From Auanema rhodensis (lineage: Eukaryota > Animalia > Nematoda), in contig OZ059899.1 in the NCBI GenBank assembly GCA_964057225.1, positions 8,804,001 to 8,868,000 on the forward strand: a stretch of 64,000 nt of DNA, in the 5' to 3' direction. Positions 25,851-39,500 of this stretch are shown piece after piece (the first letter of the stretch is position 1; every line of letters begins with the position of its first letter). Under the pieces are notes generated by a model. That model worked only from the letters and a program-made list of their open reading frames with translations, had not been told where the DNA came from and did not search any database. Made by a program: the position numbers and the translations under genes.

Positions 25851-27131
25851 ATGGCATCTTACGTTGGGTCCGCTCTATCGACATTACGATTTTTCAAAGA
25901 CTACGCATTCAATCTCGGTGCATATCTTCTTGCGAGTAAAGGTCATAAGTATGTTATCGTTATTATTGATTGAAAACAGTTTTTATTATTTTCACTTTAG
26001 TTTTTTCTGTAATACAATTTTTGATTTAAGATCAATGCCGACTTTAACTCAGCTTGAATCTATTTCTCAGCTTAGCCCTCTTGTTATCAGAGTTTTAGGA
26101 CAAAATCCTGGACCATTTACTTTACAGGGCACTAATACATACATAATTGGAAATGGGAAAAGGTTGGCAAGAAATAGTTAATTGATTATTTTAATTTTCA
26201 TTGCAGAAGAATTTTGATTGATACTGGAGAGCCAAATGTACCGAACTACATTACAGAATTGAAAAAAGCGCTGGGGGTAAATTTTTGTTTTAAATTTTTT
26301 TCATATTGGTTTTTAGGATACTGAGATTGATTCTATCATTGTGACTCATTGGCATCATGATCACGTGGGAGGATTGCCTAATGTGTTGGAAAAGATAGTT
26401 GGACATAAGGTTTGTTTTCATCGTGAAATCTTTTTGATTTCTCAGTCACTTGTTAGATTCCTGTTTATAAGTTCCAAAAGCAAAATGGTGAAGAAAATCC
26501 TGAGCATTTTAATTATGTCACTGATGGTCATGAATTGAAAGTAGATGGAGCAACAATTCGTTTCATCCACACTCCTGGACATACTGTAGATCATGCTGCA
26601 TTGTACTTATTAGAAGAAAATGCTGTCTTTAGGTATCAGTAAAGTAAAAAAAAAAGTATTCTCCCTATTTAGTGCTGATTGCATTCTGGGAGAAGGTACA
26701 ACAATATTTGAAGATTTACACGATTACATGAATAGTCTACAAAAGATCAAAAGTTTTAATGCTGCAAAAATTTATCCTGGTTTGCTGAGTTCTCTGCTTC
26801 ATATTTTATTAGGTTCTTTTCAGGTCACGGTCCTGTGGTTGAAAAGACTGAGGATAAAGTCAATGAATATATTGAACACAGAATGAAGAGGGAACGAGAA
26901 ATTGTTAATATATTAACTGAGAAGAAAGAAATGACTAGTATGGATATAACTAATGTAGTTTATACGGTATCATTGTTTTCTATTGTTTTTCAAAATCGTA
27001 TTTATTATTAGTCTTCTCCATGGTCAGTTCGTTTGGCTGCACTTAACAATGTGAAACTGGTATTAAACAAGTTGATAAAGGATGGTACTGTTCAAAAGGT
27101 TGGATTTGAGATGTATCGAATTGTAGAATAG
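25851..27131 (+). CDS. LACTB2: LACTB2-type metallo-beta-lactamase endoribonuclease
   Basis: [69 protein letters not shown]. Confidence 0.93.
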
Positions 27132-27282
27132 TAAGTAAATATGTATATATTTGAAATATTAAAATGATCAACTAGTCGTGTACAAATGATTTTAATACAT
27201 AGTAGTTTTAATGATGATATGATATATAAGAAATAATATTATATATTGAATAAAATATTTGTACTTGATAAAGTTTATTAGT

Positions 27283-30200
27283 TTATTTTCCCACCCAAAC
27301 TTTGCATCGTTGGTCAGAAGTTGGGAACATTTTAGATCCTTGCGTACACTTGAAATCCTGAAAAAAATATGTTTAATATCGGAATAATTTTTCATTGAGT
27401 TACATTTGCAAAGGCTGGAATATCTTGCATAACCTGGTTGGTGCGACATTGTGCTGGAGAATGAGGATTGGTCAATAACTAAATCAAAGTTTAATGAATT
27501 TGTATAGATTTTAACATTACTTGATTAACAAGGTTTTCGGTGGTCTGTTTCATGCACCATGAGAATCCATATGTAATCCAGAAAACTTGATTTGGTGTAA
27601 AATTCTCCATTCCAGGGAGTCTTCAATAGTATTTATTTGTAGATTATCAACGTACTTATATATACCTGTCTTCTTCACTTCCCTTCTGTTGAATATATTT
27701 TCTGTATGCATTGTAGGCAGCTTGTTGGCCTGAATTTAAAAAATGGTTCAATCTCATCATAAAATTTCAAACCTCCGAGATCAGCTATGTTTTCTCCTTG
27801 TGTTGTTGCTCCATTTACGCAATGTACATTACCTGTTTTTACAGGACAACATTGAGTATTGAATTGGGAAACAACACATTGAGCCATATCATTGAAACCA
27901 GCGGCTGATTTATCATCCATCCAACCACATTTATTCCATGCGCATGGTGTAAGCGAACCATCAGGTCCAAATTGGACTCCTATTTATAGAAAAATATCTT
28001 TCATTTAGAAAAAATTACTTATAAAAACTTATTACGAAGTCGCTTTTCAAAAACTTGTAAATAAGAGATAAAAATATACCTTCATCATCGTAACCATGAG
28101 TAAGTTCATGTCCTCCTGTTCCACCCTGGCCAGCAAAGTTATAAGCTTGTGGGAAGTCAAACCTATAGTAAGGTGGGTTCCATGCAGCGAATGGGAATGT
28201 GATTGAATTTCTTTCTGGTTGATACCAAGCGTTAACCATAGCTGGCGACTGAAGGAAGTTGCTTCTGAATTAACATAATTTTTATAACTGAATTTTTGGA
28301 AATAAACGAAACCTGGACGCACTCTCTTTCAACAGGCGGAACGCTTCTCGAACTTCCATACCTTTTTTAAGAATGAGAAGTATATCATAGAATTCGCTAA
28401 CATTGTGATTTAAAATGTTTGAGTAGTCCTGTAAAATTATAAAACGATATTAATAAAGTATTAAAATATTTACATTGTTATAGGCATCAAGTTTGGTTGT
28501 ATCTTTAAAGTCATTGAAGAGTTCCCTTGGCCAGCCATAGTTTTTAGCCAAGTTGTTTGCTGAAAAAGTTCAAAGTATTCGCAGTTATACCTACAATCAT
28601 GTGTTTTACCTTTAGTTTGTGCGCTAGTTTTAGTCTCGGCATCCATCCAATCCAAACCCTTAACCATATCCTGAAACATTAAAATTTTTGTAATTACTGA
28701 ATAGAGCTTATTACCATGAAACTAGAAATAATTAGATCAGTTTGCTTCATGATGTCGCCTACTACATCATCACGATTTCCAATACTCTTGACATAAACGT
28801 ATCCTAAAAACTTATTGTTTTAGGTATTGTTTTTTTAAATTACCTGGGCCGTATGGCATGTAAGCCATTATTAAATCCAAACATCCAATACTTGCTTGAT
28901 CAACATCATCATACATTCGGTGCTCACGGCGACCAATTCTGTTTCACGGCATTAATTTAAGCTGAAGTTAATTGATTTACCTGGTAACTCCCTTTCCTCT
29001 TCTCATGGCGTATGGAACATAATTAGCCTTTTGAGCAAGTTTACTCATGGGACCCCAATTTCCAGCATCATCCAACAACCAGTTGACAATCATGTAATTA
29101 GCGATAATTTTCTTATCAACCAAATTACCAGCAAAGATTGATTCTAACCAAGAGAAATATGAAGGTTGAGATAGAACAACCTAAACACATTTAGCGTTAT
29201 TGACAACTAGAAATCTGAACATACTCCATCCTCTGCTATTTCCTTTGCATTTTGTATACCATCAAACAAGCCTTGAAGATAGTTAACCCATTGAATAGTG
29301 GGATATGATTTGTTTAAATCATCAAGAACGTATCGATTGTATTGAAGAAAATAGTTTCTGTTTATAAAACAATATTAGACGTTAAATGCTTGAGAAAAAC
29401 CTCATCAAATCATCTGGCCATGAAGCAAGAGCGATCTGAACTTCAAAGTTGGCGACGTCTTCGGCAGCCTATATATTTTTCCAATTTTATTTTAAAATAA
29501 ATTCTTGTGATAACCTTTTCGATGAAAGCACTATCAACAGTAACACCAGAATCTTTAGCGAATTGGGTCATAACATCAGCAATTGTTTGTTTGCGTTCAG
29601 TTAGTTTCTCAATAAATTGAGGTTTAACGTAATAGTCCCTTGGCATAGAGAGAGATGGCTGAATTTAAATTATTTTTTGTTTTTTTTTACACTCATTACC
29701 TGAGAGATATAAAGTGCATTTTTGGTGACATTCTGATAATCAACTGATGACCAAGAGAAAAAGAGAGTTCCCAAGGCATGGTTCTGTTCGATATATCCAG
29801 CGGCATTAAAAGGTTCATAAGTTGTGCTGAGATCCTGTTTCAAGAAAGGAATTCCTCCAAATCTGAAAATTGAAATTTTGTTAGGAAATAATATAGAAAA
29901 ATACATTTTCTTGATATCTTCGTTGATCCTTTTGTTAAGATTAGGTGCGGTATCAGCATTCATAGCATACACACAAGAATCCAAGGCCTAAATTAACATT
30001 AAAAGTTTTATTACCAAATATTTAACTTGTTGATCATACCCTCTTGGTTATTTGTTCAGTTTTGGAAGATTTATCGGTAACAGCTTTTAATGCTTCGGCT
30101 ATTTGAGTGTTAACCAAAATTTGGGAATCAGCGTATGTTCCTTTTCTTGCAACTTGAAGTTGGGTTAGATTAATTGATGCCAAATAGTTATTGCAGGTGA

Positions 30201-30921
30201 AAGCATAAAAGTCGTCGCATGGGTCAACAGATGTATCGATACCGACCAACAACTTTTTTCCTGCTTCCTGAAAAGTGTAACTTTAACTTTAGCTTGTATC
30301 CTACTATTAGAAACATCGTTATATTGTTTGCTTTTGCAATTAAACATTTATAAAGAGCTTTAACTCGTTAAGCTCTGCAAGTATTAAAAGGAATTTAAAT
30401 GTTATCAAACCTTATCTATATGTAAAATCTCTATTCAGTTTTCAAATAATGAAACGCTACTTCATTTACTTATTCTGACAAACTAATAAAATTGAAAACT
30501 TCGTACAAAAAATAAGTAGTATCAGCATTTTTTTTGTTACAAAATTTAAATAATGATATTTGATAAAATAAATATTACCGTCCATCCAGATGCTTGACTG
30601 ACTTTACAACCAGGTGCGTTACAAGGAGATAAATAAGGTTGCTTTGGCTTATTCGTTGAATTATGATTATTGTTATTGTTATTATTATTATTATTATTAT
30701 TATTTGAATTTTTCAAACTATTAGTGTTTGATAAAATAATAATATTCAATACTAAGGATGCTATAGCCACAGCGGCTGCTAGTACGACCACAACTGAAAA
30801 AGAAAAATGATCTTTAAAAATATTATTATTCTCTAAATGTGGGAAACAAAAGCTTCTTAAATCAATTTGAGATGTTTAAATTGTAAAACTTACCGGTCGA
30901 GAAAAGTATAAGCTTGCTCAT
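27283..30921 (-). CDS. Neprilysin (M13 zinc metallopeptidase), type II membrane protein
   Basis: N-terminal anchor VVLAAAVAIASLVLNIIIL; VDPCDDFYAFTC; VNAWYQP; GHELTHGYDD; GENIADLGG; DPHSPAQCRTN. Confidence 0.96.
30662..30704 (-). repeat. Coding (AAT/AAC)n poly-Asn tract in the neprilysin stalk
   Basis: SNNNNNNNNNNNNHN in ORF 30546..30791. Confidence 0.85.
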
Positions 30922-31549
30922 CACCACGACGGAGAGAACAAGTCTAGTGTCAGGTCTTCTTATCTTTACACTATGATGTTTTATTATTTCAATTATTCCT
31001 TATCAGCTTACATGATTTATCATTTTAGAAAGGACCTGATTAAGGTCTACAAGCGAAACATTATTCAGTTCATCGAATGTTTCGGAAAAAAAATTATTAA
31101 ATAGCTCTAAAATCAGTATAAAATTTTTTGATTCTTATATATGTATATTAGATATACATACATATAATACATACTTATATAGTATAATTATTTAAAAGTT
31201 TTAATTATTGAAGAAAGATTCAAAGCAGACAAGAGATGGAGATCAAAAAGAAATATAATTTATTGCATTGCATTGCATTTACAACTTCTTGATATGATAT
31301 TGAAAATTTTCATTTACAAAACTTGTAGATAAAGATCCAGCTCATCGCTTGAAAATTCGAACAAGCCGGACCTCTCTCACGTCTGAACTTGTCTGGTATA
31401 TTATTAATCAGCAGTGTTCTTATTTGTAATTTGATATATGTGTTAGAAAAGTTAAAAAAAATATTTTCAACTGTATATATTCATTATTAAAAGTACGTAC
31501 AATACAAAGTCTATAAGAATTGCAATGCAATAAGTATGAAGATCATTGT

Positions 31550-32750
31550 CTAGAGAGGTCGGAAAGCATAACATGTCACATCATCTTTGCTTGTTTGACA
31601 AAATGATTCGGTATGTGCTAAATAACTGAATTCTCCACGGCCACAAATTACATTAACCATAAATCCAAGAGATTCTTCAGCAGCCTTCTGTATAGCTCGT
31701 TTGGATTCACTAGCATCTGTCACGATGTTCTAAAAAACAATAGCTCATGAAATTGAAATTATTGTTATATTTCAATACATTTTCAATAACATCTCGTAGT
31801 TGAGAGTTATTGCAAGATGGGTCCACAGTTTTTGAGCCAAAAGCAGCAGCTCGACGACGACTTTTATAACGACATGGCGATGAACATCCGCAGCAGCAAT
31901 CATTCTGAGAAAGCATAAAATTAAATTCTTATCATTCATTTTGAGAATCATCGTTAGTATATCCAACTTTCATGATACTAACAAAAACTAACTTGTGCAG
32001 GTAGTCTTGGTAGCATGGCTGGTCCACCACATCCTCCTGCATAAGACGTATACATTGGGGCTGGCATTGGTTGGTAGAACATTGGACGAGCTTGTGAACA
32101 AGCACATGGTGGCGGAGGTGGTGGAGGAAGTGGTGGAGGACATGGAACGGGTAGAGGTGGAGGTGGACAGATGGGTGGTGGAGGACAAAACCTGTAATAT
32201 TATTACATAAAAAGAAGAAATCTGCCTGTTACATGAAACATATTAATAAACACTGTTCCTATTGAAACTTGAAGTTTTTCTATTTGTAGTTTGTTTTGAG
32301 AAAAAGAAAAATACTTACTGTGGTGGACAGGGAGGAGGAGGTGGACACATTGGCATTGGCATTGGTTGTGGCTGCGGCATACACATGGGTCGCGGAGCAC
32401 ACATTGGAGTGGGACAGCCACCACATCCACCACCGAATGTAGGACCCATTGCATACTGAGCAGATGTATGAGAAACTAAAGTTACCTAGAATAAATAATA
32501 ATTATCTTTTGTAAGCTAAAATAGTTTTGAAATAAATTAGAATTAAAAGTAATCTTACATATTATAAAAAATATGATATTATATTAAAAAATTCCGTAAG
32601 GAAAGTCAAATGCTTTAAGAACCAGAAGAGTTTTTAATAAACAGATGAAGCTTAGATAGGAAAAACTGATAAGTTGACAAAATTTTTTCAATTATTAAGT
32701 GTTAGTTTAATCTAACTTACCAAACAGATTGAGAGAAGTTGTAACCACAT
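31550..32750 (-). CDS. Ground-like (hedgehog-related, grl family) secreted protein with Pro/Cys-rich N-terminal region
   Basis: Signal peptide MWLQLLSICL-VTLVSHTSA; CPPPPPC repeats; DPSCNNSQLRDVI...SKRAIQKAAE...NVICGRGEFSYLAHTESFCQTSKDDVTCYAF. Confidence 0.92.
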
Positions 32751-34696
32751 CCTCGAGTTTCGAAAACAACGAAAACTTAAAGCCGAATGAGATAGATTTC
32801 AAAGAATTTCATTATTTATATATGGTAGCAGCAGTAGTTTAGAGAGTAAGAAGAAAGACCGGTTACATCAGATTTCCTCCTACTCTCTCTAACACTCTCT
32901 CTTTCTTGTCATCCACTTCTTAGACTCATCATCAAACTCTTCTACCGGTATTGAGAGATGCAAAGAAAACGGAATTAGATGAGAGAAAATTATTTTCTAT
33001 TGTAGTGACGGAAACAGATTTCCATATTAATTCGAAACTGGAAGCGGATTATCTTCAAGGAAACGGCTCTTCTAATGATCTCATGCCAATTGTGACAATA
33101 CCTGTGCCAGCTTGATTGATGGCCAAGGGCATATTACAAGCTTGAAGAAGTAACTGTGCAGTCTTGTTTCAAAATTTGAGCTATATGTGTGAGAGGAAAT
33201 GTTCTGAACATGAACAGTACTCGCACCGTTTAGGATTAGTTTGGTCGATTATCTTTTTGCGATCCCAAGTTTAAAGTTTAAATGAAATATACGATAGAAG
33301 TATACTAAGACGTTACGAATCACTACTACGAACACCGTTGTTCATGTCGTATTCTACATATTTTTTCATTTTTATCATACCCAGGTTTAAAATTTTTTAT
33401 TTTTGGCAGACAAAAATAATTTTATTTGATTATCTGTGAGCTAAATTTGCTGGAGTCTCGGTTTTGCTACTACATTTGGTTTTTCTTTGAAGGTTATAAG
33501 TGAAGAAATAGTTGTTTAAGTGATTTGGTTTGAAACGTAATATATCCAGTTAGATTTATAAAAAATAATAAAAAGGTCAAATTTCAACAATTATAAACTT
33601 TTATAAAGCAAATATTTTATTCACTGTGACAGTTCCACAGAAAAAAACCCAGTTTTTACAACTTTCTCTTTGAAGGCCTTGGAGGGTGAGACGGAAACGA
33701 AAATATAATATCTTAATAAACAAATATTGAAATCTTCGGCAATATATCTATTCAAATTTTTTATTCTACCTAGGGCGGCAAACAACAGAACAACTGCGGG
33801 ATTTTCCTTATGTCCTTGGGACGGTGTGTATTTACTTTTGCCAAATAAGTATTTGAATTTCCATGTGCAGTATGAGCCATACACTAAATCTTTTACTTCA
33901 ATACTATATTGGGGTTCAACAAATGAGAAATAGCTTTTTATATCAAAGTTTAATTGAACATGAGATTATTTGGAGGTCCATGCTGCTAAAAAAACATTTC
34001 AATATGATTTTGGTTCTATTAAGGATGACAGATTATTTTTGTATTAGTTTATAGAATATACGGTATATCTTATATTTTAATTCATATAAAGAAGCAAGAT
34101 ATATAAATTACTGTAATAAAATAATATTACATGAGATTCATATACAATGTTATCAAAATTTCTCAGATATTTTGAATAGAATTATCAAAATTTTCGATTT
34201 AGTATATTAATAACATATTTATTTTTAAAATTATCTTATAACTCATTAGCATTTTATCAAAAGAACAATAAAAAATGTTTATTTTCTGAACAAATACATA
34301 AAAAATAAAAAAAGAATGATCACTGACCATAATTACAAGTATCTATAAAGAATTAATGTGCACAACTATAAATAATAATTGATTAAAATTAATAATGTCT
34401 TTTAGTATTTTCTCGAAAATAATTGTAGTAATTAAGGTGATTATTTCTCTGATACGGTAAACATTCAATTTGGTTTACGGTAAACATTTGTTATAAGGTG
34501 TATCTTTACTTTCCCGAAAAAAGTAAAATAAAGATTGTATGCCTCGTTTTCAGTGAATATGTAGTGTGATAAACGTTCGAACTAAAACATAATCTTATCT
34601 TGTTGCTCTTTAATTTCTTGGTAATATTATCTTTTAAATATTTCTTTCATCTTTCAATTTGATTTCTATGTAACTAATTTTATTTCAGTAAACAAT

Positions 34697-35941
34697 ATGA
34701 TAAAGTTGAAAGAGGAAATACAAGAAACTGTATCACTTGATCGTATGTTTTTTTAACTTTTAGATTAATTTTAAACATTATCATTGTAGAAACCCAACCT
34801 CCAACTCATTCACCAAAACTATATCGTTATGAACCCAAAGAAACAGCTGATATATTTTCATCTTTACCCAACAGTATATACTTTTAAGAAATTTTTTCAT
34901 CAATTCAGTCAAGCTTTAGCTTTTCCTATTGATCGTGAGGCCTCAACAGTATCTGCGCTATATGAACCATCTGATGGACCTATTTATGGAACTACCAGAT
35001 TTCTGTACGAATCATTATGTGCGTTTAATAATGTTTTTCGAGATTGTTGTATTCGTTTTCCAGTGAGCAATAGGGATAGTTTAGAAGTTGACTCTTTTCC
35101 AATGACATCCCCAGATGTACCACCGGATGCTCTGCACCTTCCAGCCAGGAGTAAGTTTAATAATTGTTAGGAAATTATGATAAATATTAGTAATCACATT
35201 AAGCTAGTTCTATACATCCCTTACGGTTTTCTTCTAATGATCAAACCTTGAGAGATCCCCAAGAACAGAGTGAAGAGACGGGAACACTGTTCAGTCGCTT
35301 TGATACTCGTAAGAAGTTTATATTTACCTCAGTTAACTTTTAATTCATTTAGTTCCTTCTCAAAATACCATAACGGAAAGTTATTTCCCCTCAAGTGCTT
35401 TACAAAACAAATTTGGAGGTAAAACAGTTCAACATCGATTTTCTTATTTTTTGTCTTCAGAAAAATCGAATAGAGTTGAAGTGAAGCAAACTACTTCGAC
35501 AGCCAAACGAAGATGTATAGTAAGCGACACATCACCTGACTTACCTCCAGAATCACAGGAAAGCTGTCAAAACAGTATACCCCATGAATCATTTTCATAA
35601 AATTAGTTGATATTGCAGATTTGAACGTAGAGAGAACAGATGAAGTTATGGATGATGATTCCGATGCCCCACGTATCGTTACCAATTGTTAAAAACATGA
35701 TTTTGATTTATTTCAGCTATCCCCCCTCCGGTAGATTATAAAATTTCTCATAAGAAATTATTAAACGAAAGATTTGAGCCATCTAAACAAAATGAACGGG
35801 TGAGATCTGCTGAACACATTTTAATTGAGATATTAATTTTAGACACATGTTGATGTGAGCTCTATTCACTTACCTTCTATACTAACATTAAAACAAGAAC
35901 ACGATCTTCTATCATCTGTATGGAAAGTTTTATCTAAGTAG
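34697..35941 (+). CDS. Unknown multi-exon protein (may have further 5' exons around 33340-34060)
   Basis: TTTCAG before ATG; chain of GT-AG short introns; exon SQALAFPIDREASTVSALYEPSDGPIYGTTRFLYESLC...; ends WKVLSK*; no recognised domain. Confidence 0.55.
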
Positions 35942-36591
35942 TGAAATCAAAATTTAATTTATTTTGTATATTCAGTCTTTCATCATACGACTTTATAAGA
36001 ATTCATAAATGTACATAAGATTTAATGAAAGGTTGCTTTATAAAATGAACATGAGACCAAATTGCTTATTACCCATTCATGAGTCGAACATTAAAACGAA
36101 AAAAAAACTAAATTATTAGAAACAAAAGTAATATTCTTCTCAAAAGATAGGAAGTAAAATAATTACTTGTGACTGACTGAGCATAAAGAGTAAGTGTAAA
36201 TTGTTAACAATAGGTTTAGCATAATGGTAGCTGGGGTAGGGGTATATTATTATTTTTTTACAAAGCAATCCGTCAAGATCAATCTGAAGTGAAGGTGAAA
36301 AATAGAAAAGGCATTCAAGTCACGAAATGGTTTGGAATTTTAAACAAATTTGCATTTTTGAACACGAACGAAGTAACAGCCAAAAGCCAAAGAGAATATC
36401 GGAAATATTCAAAGTGATCGATGGAAATATAAAAATATTGAAAAACATTTCTATATTGGAATAATATGTTCTAATTTAGAAGACCCAACGTAGAACCAAG
36501 ACTTTCGGACCGACCCATGATAAAGCTGCACGAAGAGAAAAGTATACACAAAGCTCGAAAATAGACAGAAAATCACAGATAATAAGGAAAT

Positions 36592-39500
36592 TCAGTGATG
36601 ACCAGGCACTTTAGAAGGGTTAGTAGCCAACGCCATCTCCTGGCGAACGTCAGCCACCACATTGTTCAACGTAGTGGCAAACGACGAGGAACAAAAGCCA
36701 ACAGGCACCTGGAACCCGACATCTCAGATCACATTTTTTGAGAACTTCTGAGGATATAACGAAGCTATGAAGCTGAACTCACGTTGGGAGGTGGCAGAAT
36801 AGGAAGACTTGCAGCGATGGGCTGGTGAGGAGCATTAGTTTCTTTTTGTTTCTGAACCAAACTAGACAAGTTGGTAACAATTTCAGACGGGGCGTACTGC
36901 CGCAACAATTGATTTTCAGATTCCAACGCGGCAACCTAAATGAAAACAACTTTAATGGTCTCAGAACGTAGATATTACTTTCATTTCCAAATCCGAGATT
37001 GTTTGTCGTAAAATTTCAACTTCTTCACGAACAGCAAAGGTCAAATGAGTTTTAACAAGATCCTGAAGAGGAAAAACTGATTAAGCACCCGAAATTGCTT
37101 TTTCGAACCATTGCTTGTTCAATTTTATTATCGATTGCTGCTACATTTGGAGCTTGTAATGTTCCATTGGATCCAGAACTTCTAAAAATTATATAATAAG
37201 GAAGTACAATGTTTAGTCTTCGATTTATCATCAACCCATATATCAATTCGATCAACTGTGAAACCAAATATGTGCTCATTGAGCCGAAAAACATTGATAA
37301 GGCTGTCAACGAAAAGATATTCTAAAGATATAATTTACTGTCGAATTCCGATAACAGAAACACAGTAAACAGCCTTATCCCTTTCATGTACAGATTTAAA
37401 GCCTAGACTAATTTCGCACTCAACAATAACTGTCTGTAGTGTCAACAATGTAGCGTTTGTCATAATCATTTAGTATACCCCTTTAGAAAAATCGTTTACA
37501 GTAGCGAATGAAGCTAGAGTTTGTCTATAAAGATGCCTATGATCAAAGAACAGAGCATCGTCACACATAACCCTGAAATGCCTAACACCAGACAATCCTC
37601 TAGCAAACATCTTATAGTAAACTGTAGAACATGACGACATAAGATCATTAAGAGCAAAGTATTCAAGTCCTCACCTAGGAGCATATGTATCATTTTCGGT
37701 CAAAACATTTAGAGGACGGCAGTATGGAATAACTGGTGTATTTGGTGGAATCTTCTGAATGGGGGTACACACAGGAGATCCATAATCGAAGCTGTTTATA
37801 TCTTCCGATGCAGGTAAAGCTGAGGGTGTTCCCGGAGGAGTCATTGGCAAATTTTTTCCCAAAACAATGTGGCGAGACAAAAGAGTTAGGGAGGAATCGA
37901 GCTCCTCAACTGAAGACATACGAGAGTAGGGGCTGGCTCCCCATCTGGTGGATGGTTGTTGCTGAACTACGGCGGACATTCCTCAAATGGACAACATTCA
38001 GAAACTGCTATGGCGAATAAAAGCACGAAACAGTACAATGAAAATCAAGGACAATAGGATTCAAAGATAGAGTGGACAGACTATAAAATGAAGATGATAG
38101 CCCGATGGTAGTGATGAAGGCGCACATGGAACAGAGAAGCGGCGATATGAACAATAACAATCGGTGGGAGAGGTTATTGAAAAACAAACAGACTAATGCT
38201 CATTGAAATAAGCACACGATTTTAAACATATGAAACAATGCAAATGCTCAAGTATTCAAATTATTCAAAAAAAAATAGAATTTAATTTTAATCACAGAAA
38301 GAGATGGAAATTTATTTACTGGAGAGGATTTGATAAACCAAATGAATGAATGTGGGATAAATTTGGAAAATAGACCGACTACTGTAAAACAGAAAAAAAA
38401 CTAAATAAGAGAAGAAATAAAAAAGAAAAGTAATGCGAATAGATGGAACTCTAAAGCGAATCGGGACCCAAACACGAATCCAAGCGACGCCTAAGCACCA
38501 ACTCGAGAAAAATCAGATGAAATACAGCTGACCCTGCGAGCTTTTATTCAAATAAAAACCCATCCATGAAGAAAGCAAAGGGCGGAGTTAAACTATCAAT
38601 AAACAAATCAAAACTTCAGAAGAATCAAGTGTTCTAAAAATCAGTTTGCACAAAAGGCCAGATCGACAACATATGATATGAGAACATACACAAAGAAAGC
38701 TTGGAATCAACGTGAAAATTTTATACGTGACGCAATTTCTATTATTCTTATATACGATAACTGTTTTTTAAGCTAACGGCTGAGCAAATATTTCCAATAC
38801 AGCCAGAAACACAATAAATGAAGCTTTTCTGTATCATTTAATTCTTGATTTACTCTCTCTTTCTCTCTCTCTTACGTTGTCAATCAGTCGCTGTTATGCT
38901 TTTCAATTGGCACAGTACACATAGCAGATTATAATATAAGTGGGACAAAAGAAACAAACTCGTCAACAGAATAAAAATAATAAAAATGTTGAAGCATCGA
39001 GTGAGGAATTAAGTTGACAATGAAGAATGACGAGTCTTGAAAATATAAAATGGGAGGAATCGCTATTTATCTACTGTATACATAATGCTACTACTATCTT
39101 AGATTAGAGCTTGGAAGGGTGGGGGAGCAATTTCATTCTAGTTGAAAACACAACCATATCATCGTGAAAGATGTGTCAAACTCCATGAGACCTTTGAACT
39201 CTAAAGAGAAACGAAACCCACAAACTGGATTAGAACCTTCCTCTTTGCTCTCGAAATGTTTATCTCATGAGCAACAACGTGGCACATGTGCACCTCTTCC
39301 TCAATAATTCAATCAACAAAAAAAACCGGTTAATGTTCGCTCAGCTAATGAATAAAGACATGGAACGATGAAAAGACACAATTAACATTTACTACAGTTT
39401 TGTAGTTTCAAGTTTGTAAGAGGGAAGACGAACATAAATGCATAAGGAAGATGCTGCTTACATGAAAAGGTTTGCATGTTCTCAAAAACAAGATTGGGTT

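Noticed and set aside
10749-27131. Two MBL-fold genes as a functional cluster
   Set aside because: Different subfamilies separated by unrelated genes; no evidence beyond proximity
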